Assembly (NCBI GenBank): GCA_964479005.1
Contig: CAYZJA010000002.1
Location: 160,001-224,000 of the forward strand
Source: an uncultured Candidatus Saccharibacteria bacterium
Lineage (GTDB): Bacteria > Patescibacteriota > Minisyncoccia > UBA6257
Reading direction: 5' to 3'
Length of the DNA: 64,000 nt
In this document: positions 57,940-64,000 of the stretch, one piece after another
Layout of the letters: every line of letters starts with the position of its first letter
How positions within the stretch are numbered: the stretch's first letter is position 1
Translations under genes and position numbers: made by a program
Notes under the pieces: generated by a model
What the model was told of the DNA's origin: nothing
What the model saw: only the letters and a program-made list of their open reading frames with translations
The model's database searches: none

Positions 57940-58458
57940 ATGAATTTCAAAAAAGAGCAAAAAGCTTTCACTCTTGTGGAAGTATTGGTTTCAATAAGCC
58001 TTTTTGTAATGGCTATAACAGTTCTTTCGCAGGTATATATATCAGTTATACGCTCAGAAAGAATTGCTTACGCTCTTTTAAATAGTGAAAATAACATAAG
58101 GAATAGCTTGGAGGTTATGGCGCGTTCAATTAGGATTGGAAAGAATTTTGAGGTTTCACCAAATAACAAAGAATTATGTTTTGATTATTATTTAGAAGGA
58201 ACCTGGGAAAGATGTTGTTATCGTTTTAATGTTGATGATTATATCTTAGAAAAATCGAGCAAGGGTGGTTCTTATATGTCCATGTTTGATCCATCGTTAA
58301 AAGTTAATTATGGACAATTTTATAATAAAGGAGGTTTGTCTGATTCTCAACCGGTAATGATTATTGTTTTAGAAGTTTCTACCAGTGTCAGGCAACAGGA
58401 ATATTTATTTAATTTACAAACCGCTGTAACTCCAAGGTATTTAGGAAAAGAAATATAA
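57940..58458 (+). CDS. Pseudopilin / minor pilin.
   Basis: KAFTLVEVLVSISLF class III signal. Confidence 0.7.
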   Translation: MNFKKEQKAFTLVEVLVSISLFVMAITVLSQVYISVIRSERIAYALLNSENNIRNSLEVMARSIRIGKNFEVSPNNKELCFDYYLEGTWERCCYRFNVDDYILEKSSKGGSYMSMFDPSLKVNYGQFYNKGGLSDSQPVMIIVLEVSTSVRQQEYLFNLQTAVTPRYLGKEI

Positions 58459-58460
58459 TT

Positions 58461-58823
58461 ATGAAAAATTCAAATACACAATACACAATACACAATATGA
58501 GATACAAACCATCTGGCCAGATATTTTTAATGAGTATTTTAATTTTGGGCGCCGTGATGGCATCTGCTCTATTTTTAATGGCTATTTTCATTAAAGATTT
58601 TCGTCAATCTGTAGAAACATCAGAGTCTGTTAAAGCATTCTATGCCGCTGATTCAGCTATGGAGTGGCAGATTTACAATAGCTTAAATGATCCAGACGCC
58701 TCTACGCCGGTGATGATGAATAATACCATCTACAGTTACCAAAATAATTTTGATGAAAGCAAGAATATAAAAACAATTGGAGTTTCAAAAAAAGTGAGGC
58801 GCGGACTTGAAGTTAACTTCTAA
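58461..58823 (+). CDS. Pilus-cluster hypothetical membrane-anchored protein.
   Basis: N-terminal hydrophobic helix but no canonical G-FTLIE site. An (ACACAAT)x3 heptamer repeat sits at its 5' end. Confidence 0.4.
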   Translation: MKNSNTQYTIHNMRYKPSGQIFLMSILILGAVMASALFLMAIFIKDFRQSVETSESVKAFYAADSAMEWQIYNSLNDPDASTPVMMNNTIYSYQNNFDESKNIKTIGVSKKVRRGLEVNF

Positions 58824-58829
58824 AGGGCT

Positions 58830-60923
58830 ATGAATAAATTGGAAGTTAAAAAGAGGGTTGAGAAGCTTAGGGAGGCAATACGAAGATACCGTTATGCTTA
58901 TCATGTTTTAAACCAATCAATAATTTCAGATGAAGCGTTAGATTCTTTAAAAAAAGAATTATTTGATTTAGAACAGCAATATCCAGAATTTATTACTCCT
59001 GATTCTCCCACTCAAAGAGTAGGTGGAAAGCCATTAAAGAATTTTAAAAAAACGGAACATAAAGTTCCGATGTTTTCATTAAATGATGCTTTTAGTGAAG
59101 AAGATATGTATGATTGGCATGAAAGGATAAAAAAACTTCTTCCATCTTCAGCTAAAATAGATTTTTATTGCGAGTATAAATTTGATGGTTTGGCGATTTC
59201 TTTAGAATACAAGGACAGAATTTTAAAAATTGGTTCAACTCGAGGAAATGGGAAGGTAGGTGAGGATGTAACGCAAAATCTTAAAACCATTAATGCTATT
59301 CCTTTGCGCTTATTAAAAAACGAAGAGATTATTGACAATTTAATTCAAGCAGGAATGGAAAAAATAGCTAAACGCTTGGAAAAAGATTTTCCTCGCAATT
59401 TAGAAGTGAGAGGAGAAGTGCTTTTGGATAAAAAAGAATTTGAGCGAATTAACAAAGAGCGAATAAAACAAGGATTTTCCCCTTATGCTAATCCTCGTAA
59501 TGTCGCCGCTGGTTCAATACGGCAGTTAGACGCAAAAATTACATCAAGCCGCCGTTTGGATTCTTATATCTATGAATTAGTAACAGATTTAGGTCAGGAA
59601 ACACATGAACAAGCGCATTTAATTTTAAAAGCATTTGGTTTTAAGACTCATAATGACAATAAAAAAGTTGATTCTTTAGAAGAGATTTTTTCTATTCATA
59701 AACAAATAAAAAAACAAAGGGACAATTTGTCCTATGAAATTGATGGAGTAGTTGTTATAGTAAATAACAATGAGTATTTTGAAAAATTAGGAGTAGTTGG
59801 CAAAGCTCCACGTGGCGCAATAGCTTATAAATTTCCTTCTAAAGAAGCCATAACAATGATAGAGGATATTATTATTCAAGTAGGGAGAACAGGTGTTTTA
59901 ACTCCAGTAGCGATTTTGAAACCAGTTCAAATAAGCGGGGTAACTGTTACTCGCGCTACTCTTCATAATAAAGAAGAAATAAAAAGATTGGGAATAAAAA
60001 TAGGCGATACTGTGATAGTAAATCGGGCTGGTGATGTTATTCCCCAGGTTGTGAAAGTTCTAAAGGATTTACGGACTGGAGAGGAAAAGGGTTTTCAGAT
60101 GCCTAAAAAATGTCCGGTTTGTGGATATTCTACTAAAGAAGACGATGGTGGAATTTTAGTTCGTTGTCCTAACAAAAATTGTTCTGCTCGTTCTCAGAAA
60201 AGACTCTATCATTTTATTGGAAAAGGGGCATTTGATATTAAGAGTATTGGTCCAAAATTGATTGATAGATTTTTGGATGAAGGGCTAATTCAAGATGCTG
60301 CTGATTTATTTGATTTAAAAGAAGGGGATATTGTTCCATTGGAAAGATACGGGGAAAAATCTAGCCAGAATATTATTTCTGCAATTCAAGCAAATAAAAA
60401 TATATTATTAAACCGGTTTTTGTTTGCTTTAGGCATTCTTCATATTGGAGAAGAAACAGCATTGCTTTTAGCTAAATATTTTCAAAGAAGACTTCATCCA
60501 GGTAAAGTTTCAATCCACAATTTAATCAAAATCGGTTCTAATTTAGAACAAGAAGAATTAGAAAGAATTCCTTCTATTGGTCCCAAAGTAGGGCAGGCAG
60601 TATATGAGTGGTTTAATAATAAAAAGAATATTAAGTTTCTTAAAAACTTTGAACAAAAAAACATAAAATTGTTACCCATAGCTATTCCAAAAGAAAAGAG
60701 AAAATTAAAAGATTTGGTTTTTGTAATTACCGGGGTTTTAAAATCAATGTCTCGCGAGCAAGCAAAAGAGAAAATAGTAGATCAAGGCGGTAAAGTGAAC
60801 AAAGCTCTTTCCTCAAAGACAGATTATCTAATTGCAGGAGAAAACCCAGGCACTAAGTATGGCAAGGCAAAAAGATTAGGGATAATGGTTATCAATGAAA
60901 AGGAATTTCTAAAAATGATTTAA
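58830..60923 (+). CDS. ligA: NAD-dependent DNA ligase.
   Basis: Adenylation motif KxDG (EYKFDGLAIS), OB fold, Cys4 zinc finger (CPVCG..CPNKNC), HhH and BRCT regions. Confidence 0.9.
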   Translation: MNKLEVKKRVEKLREAIRRYRYAYHVLNQSIISDEALDSLKKELFDLEQQYPEFITPDSPTQRVGGKPLKNFKKTEHKVPMFSLNDAFSEEDMYDWHERIKKLLPSSAKIDFYCEYKFDGLAISLEYKDRILKIGSTRGNGKVGEDVTQNLKTINAIPLRLLKNEEIIDNLIQAGMEKIAKRLEKDFPRNLEVRGEVLLDKKEFERINKERIKQGFSPYANPRNVAAGSIRQLDAKITSSRRLDSYIYELVTDLGQETHEQAHLILKAFGFKTHNDNKKVDSLEEIFSIHKQIKKQRDNLSYEIDGVVVIVNNNEYFEKLGVVGKAPRGAIAYKFPSKEAITMIEDIIIQVGRTGVLTPVAILKPVQISGVTVTRATLHNKEEIKRLGIKIGDTVIVNRAGDVIPQVVKVLKDLRTGEEKGFQMPKKCPVCGYSTKEDDGGILVRCPNKNCSARSQKRLYHFIGKGAFDIKSIGPKLIDRFLDEGLIQDAADLFDLKEGDIVPLERYGEKSSQNIISAIQANKNILLNRFLFALGILHIGEETALLLAKYFQRRLHPGKVSIHNLIKIGSNLEQEELERIPSIGPKVGQAVYEWFNNKKNIKFLKNFEQKNIKLLPIAIPKEKRKLKDLVFVITGVLKSMSREQAKEKIVDQGGKVNKALSSKTDYLIAGENPGTKYGKAKRLGIMVINEKEFLKMI

Positions 60924-61037
60924 AATTTTAAAACTTGAAACTTGTAACTTGAAACCCAAGAATTTATTTTTTAAACTTGCGTTATATCAAACTTCTAGTT
61001 TGTTATAAGTTATAAGCTACAGGTTACAAGAATAATT

Positions 61038-61322
61038 ATGGATTTTACAGAAATAGATCATTTACTAAAATTAGCAAGAATAGAATTATCTTCTCAAGAA
61101 AAAGAGAGGATTGCTTTAGACCTTGAGAATATTTTAGATTATGTAAAACAATTGCAAAAAGTAAATACTGATGGTGTGGAACCAATGACAGGCGGTACTT
61201 TACTTGAAAATATTTGTCGCGAAGACAAAATTGATAAACAAAAGCAAGATATAAGTAAAGAATTAAAAAAATCAGCTCCTTCTTTGAAGGATGATCATTT
61301 TAAAATACCACCAATATTTTAA
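61038..61322 (+). CDS. gatC: Glu-tRNA(Gln)/Asp-tRNA(Asn) amidotransferase subunit C.
   Basis: 94 aa, shows GatC blocks IDHLLKLARIELS and VNTDGVEPMT, and overlaps gatA. Confidence 0.75.
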   Translation: MDFTEIDHLLKLARIELSSQEKERIALDLENILDYVKQLQKVNTDGVEPMTGGTLLENICREDKIDKQKQDISKELKKSAPSLKDDHFKIPPIF

Positions 61323-62742
61323 AATTATGATTAAAGAACTTCATAACAAGTTAATAAATCGCGAAATTACTGCTGCTGAATTAATCAGTGGTTATTTTCA
61401 AGTAATTAATAAAAAAGACAGTGGGATTAAAGCATTTTTGACTTTGACTAAAGACAAGGCATTACAACAAGCAGAAAAAATAGATGAGAAGATTAAGAAA
61501 GGAAAGAAAATTAATATTTTAGAAGGGATTCCTTACGCAGTTAAAGATAATATGTTGGTTAATGGAATAAAGGCTACTGCAGGTTCAAAGATATTAGAAA
61601 ATTATACAGCTTCTTTTGACGCGACAGTGATAAAAAAATTAAAAGAACAAGGAGCAATTTTATTAGGAAAAACAAATATGGATGAATTTGCTATGGGATC
61701 TTCAACAGAAAATTCAGCTTTTTTTACAACAAAAAATCCATGTGATTTAGAAAGAGTTCCTGGCGGGTCTTCAGGAGGTTCTGCAGCAGCTGTAGCAAGT
61801 AAAATGTCTGTTTTTGCCTTGGGGTCAGATACCGGAGGATCAATTAGGCAACCAGCTAGTTTTTGTGGAGTGGTTGGATTTAAACCAAGCTATGGTTCAG
61901 TTTCTCGTTACGGGCTTATTGCATTGGCTTCGTCCTTGGACATTATAGGTCCATTAACTCAAAGCGTGGAAGATGCGGAAATAATTTTCAAAACCATTGC
62001 TGGTAAAGACCAAATGGATTCCACTTCTCAAGATATTCCTATGCTTTCAAACAAGTTACAAGTTACAAGTTATAAGTTACAAGGTTTAAAGTTTGGTTTG
62101 CCTAAAGAATATTTTCAAAAAGGGCTGGATGGGAAAATTAAAAAAACTATTGAAGAGGTAATTGAAAAAATTAAATCTCAAGGGGCGGCAATTAAAGAAG
62201 TTAGTTTGCCTTCTACTTCTTATGCTTTGTCTTGTTATTATATAATAATGCCTGCTGAAGCAAGTTCTAATGTAGCCCGTTTTGATGGTATTCGTTATTC
62301 CTCAATTAACAATTATCCTAATTTGCATGATTTATATTTTAAAACCCGGGGAGAAGGGTTTGGAGCAGAAGTGCGCAGAAGAATAGTTTTGGGAACTTAT
62401 GTTTTATCAAGCGGATATTATGAAGCTTATTATAAAAAAGCTCAGCAGGTAAGGAGATTAATTGCTGAAGAATTTGATAAAGTTTTTCAGGAAGTTGATT
62501 TTCTCATTACTCCCACTTCCCCAACGTTTCCTTTCAAGATTGGCGAGAAAATTGATAATCCATTATCAATGTATCTTTCTGATATTTTTACAGTGGGCGC
62601 TAATATTGCTGGTGTGCCAGCAATTAATTTGCCTTGCGGGCAAGCAGACAATTTGCCTATAAATATGCAGATTATTGGACCATATCTTTCCGATTTTTCA
62701 TTATTAAATATAACAAAAACAATTAAAGATATTATTTCATAA
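61291..62742 (+). CDS. gatA: Glu-tRNA(Gln)/Asp-tRNA(Asn) amidotransferase subunit A.
   Basis: Amidase signature GGSSGGSAAAVA and Ser-cisSer-Lys triad blocks, 483 aa. Confidence 0.9.
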   Translation: MIILKYHQYFKIMIKELHNKLINREITAAELISGYFQVINKKDSGIKAFLTLTKDKALQQAEKIDEKIKKGKKINILEGIPYAVKDNMLVNGIKATAGSKILENYTASFDATVIKKLKEQGAILLGKTNMDEFAMGSSTENSAFFTTKNPCDLERVPGGSSGGSAAAVASKMSVFALGSDTGGSIRQPASFCGVVGFKPSYGSVSRYGLIALASSLDIIGPLTQSVEDAEIIFKTIAGKDQMDSTSQDIPMLSNKLQVTSYKLQGLKFGLPKEYFQKGLDGKIKKTIEEVIEKIKSQGAAIKEVSLPSTSYALSCYYIIMPAEASSNVARFDGIRYSSINNYPNLHDLYFKTRGEGFGAEVRRRIVLGTYVLSSGYYEAYYKKAQQVRRLIAEEFDKVFQEVDFLITPTSPTFPFKIGEKIDNPLSMYLSDIFTVGANIAGVPAINLPCGQADNLPINMQIIGPYLSDFSLLNITKTIKDIIS

Positions 62743-63233
62743 TGACAGAATCTATTATTGTTTATTTCTTTTATTTTAAATTCTTTTGCCTTGCAATGTG
62801 TTGCTGGCTATTGATCGGAATTATTTATTATTTTTGGAAATTACGCCTTTTTACTAAATGGGTAGAAAGATGGCAAAATTGGTGGGGGATTGTTCCTGTT
62901 TTTTCTTTATCTGGTAAAAGTCGTAAAGAATGGAAAAAAATTGAGGAACTTTTAAAAGAACCATATCAATCTTCATGGAAATTAGCAGTACTTAAGGCAG
63001 AAGCGATAGCGAAAAAAACATTAAATTTTATGGGGTATGCTGGAGATGATTTTACAAAGATTTTAGATGAATTAAAATTGAGAGGATATCAAAATTTGGA
63101 AGTTTTGTTTCAGCTCCATAATATTAGAGAAAAGATTATTGGAGACAAAAATTTTTCTTTGAGCCAAAATAGGGCAAAAGAGATAGTACACATATATAAG
63201 AAATTTTGGGATGAATTATTAAATACTCTGTGA
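62742..63233 (+). CDS. Hypothetical protein with an N-terminal TM helix.
   Basis: 163-aa ORF overlapping the gatA stop, with no recognisable domain. Confidence 0.35.
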   Translation: MTESIIVYFFYFKFFCLAMCCWLLIGIIYYFWKLRLFTKWVERWQNWWGIVPVFSLSGKSRKEWKKIEELLKEPYQSSWKLAVLKAEAIAKKTLNFMGYAGDDFTKILDELKLRGYQNLEVLFQLHNIREKIIGDKNFSLSQNRAKEIVHIYKKFWDELLNTL

Positions 63234-63274
63234 GGGTTGCATTTAACCTACTTTTCTTCTATAATAATAAAATC

Positions 63275-63348
63275 CGCGGGGTGGAGAAGTAGTATCTCAC
63301 GAGGCCCATAACCTCGAGACGCTGGTGCAATTCCAGCCCCCGCAACCA
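63275..63348 (+). tRNA. Initiator tRNA-fMet (anticodon CAT), with encoded CCA.
   Basis: Strong similarity to E. coli tRNA-fMet (CGCGGGGTGGAG..CCCCCGCAACCA), a C1:A72 mismatch, and anticodon loop CCCATAA. Confidence 0.8.
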
Positions 63349-63402
63349 CGTTAAACGTGGTTAAGGCACGTTTTACGTGCCAACCATTTAGCCCCATCGT
63401 TT

Positions 63403-63672
63403 ATGTTTTATATTTATATTTTGTACAGCGAAAAAGATAAAAAACTTTATACAGGTTTTGCAGGTGATTTACGAAAAAGAATAACAAAGCACAAAAAAGG
63501 ATTTGTGAAAAGCACTAAAGATCGTCGACCATTAAATCTGATTCATTACGAAGCATTTATTAATGAAAGTGATGCTAAGCGAAGAGAAATATTTTTAAAA
63601 AGTGGGTATGGGGAAAAAGAAATTGCTATATTGTTACAAAATTATTTTCAATCAAATTATTGGAATAAATAA
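63403..63672 (+). CDS. GIY-YIG nuclease superfamily small protein (YhbQ/UPF0213-like).
   Basis: MFYIYILYSEKDKKLYTGFAGDLRKRITKH matches the GIY-(x10)-YTG motif. 89 aa. Confidence 0.65.
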   Translation: MFYIYILYSEKDKKLYTGFAGDLRKRITKHKKGFVKSTKDRRPLNLIHYEAFINESDAKRREIFLKSGYGEKEIAILLQNYFQSNYWNK

Positions 63673-63684
63673 TTAAAAATATTT

Positions 63685-63758
63685 GCCAGGGTAGCTCAGT
63701 CGGTTAGAGCATAGCACTCATAAAGCTAAGGTCGTGGGTTCAATTCCCACCCCTGGCA
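63685..63758 (+). tRNA. tRNA with anticodon CAT: elongator Met or Ile2 (lysidine).
   Basis: GCCAGGG..CCCTGGC acceptor stem, anticodon loop CTCATAA, T-loop GGTTCAATTCC. Confidence 0.75.
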
Positions 63759-63801
63759 CACCGTTAAACGGTGTTGAGGCACGTTTGACGTGCCACCCAA
63801 A

Positions 63802-63877
63802 GCGGGTGTAGTTCAGTCTGGTTTAGAACGCCTGCCTGTCACGCAGGAGGTCGCCGGTTCAAATCCGGTCGCCCGCG
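63802..63877 (+). tRNA. tRNA-Asp (anticodon GTC).
   Basis: GCGGGTG..CGCCCGC acceptor stem, G73 discriminator, anticodon loop CTGTCAC. Confidence 0.8.
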
Positions 63878-63890
63878 CTTTATTAATTTT

Positions 63891-63965
63891 GCCCTCGTAG
63901 TTCAACGGATAGAACAAGGGACTCCTAAGCCCTAGATACAGGTTCGATTCCTGTCGAGGGCACCA
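63891..63965 (+). tRNA. tRNA-Arg (anticodon CCT), with encoded CCA.
   Basis: GCCCTCG..CGAGGGC acceptor stem, anticodon loop CTCCTAA, T-loop GGTTCGATTCC. Confidence 0.75.
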
Positions 63966-64000
63966 TTTAAAAGATTTTTATAAGAAACACTTAACTTAAA

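Overview
This 64-kb window is AT-rich bacterial chromosome. Its gene content and architecture are consistent (by inference) with a Candidate Phyla Radiation / Patescibacteria-like organism: small genes, an unlinked 23S-5S rRNA unit, group I introns with LAGLIDADG ORFs in the 23S, a type IV pilus cluster and a large glycan locus.

Layout along the window:
- 1-1.3 kb: a 5'-partial proline-rich cysteine-containing surface protein.
- 1.3-9.4 kb: CPBP protease, lgt, tRNA-Leu, parA/parB, and a minus-strand dprA-topA-rel operon.
- 9.4-10.4 kb: two small membrane ORFs, then tRNA-Ile(GAT) and tRNA-Ala(TGC).
- 10.5-11.2 kb: a membrane protein gene, then two consensus sigma70-like promoters.
- 11.57-16.29 kb: 23S rRNA (~4.6 kb because two group I introns at the E. 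coli 1917 and 2593 sites each encode a LAGLIDADG homing endonuclease) plus 5S rRNA. No 16S is present.
- 16.5-20.0 kb: cell-wall genes (peptidoglycan-binding protein, FtsW/RodA, MltG).
- 20.0-26.8 kb: a very AT-rich mosaic insert carrying pyruvyl transferase, epimerase and TPP-enzyme genes. It is bounded by gene fragments (rfbB 3' piece, methyltransferase 5' piece) and a diverged duplicate of the 3' 0.8 kb of mltG.
- 26.8-45.3 kb: a large glycan locus (wecB, truncated wecC, wzx flippase, rfbACDB for dTDP-rhamnose, GT2/GT4 glycosyltransferases, methyltransferases, Gfo/Idh/MocA oxidoreductase, heparinase II/III-like protein, UbiA-like/PgpA-like pair, WbaP-like priming transferase).
- 45.5-53.0 kb: murB, a tandem-repeat K/R-rich 76-aa basic protein, hpf, secA, scpAB, D-Ala-D-Ala carboxypeptidase, mraY.
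- 53.1-58.8 kb: type IV pilus cluster (pilT, pilC, major pilin, pilD, three pseudopilins; no pilB in the window).
- 58.8-64.0 kb: ligA, gatCA, and a tRNA cluster (initiator Met, Met-CAT, Asp, Arg) with an embedded GIY-YIG ORF.

Several small repeat families stand out: tRNA-trailing twin hairpins, TTACAAG heptamers, an AT-rich upstream element, and short direct repeats. Truncated gene remnants point to recombinational remodelling of the glycan region.
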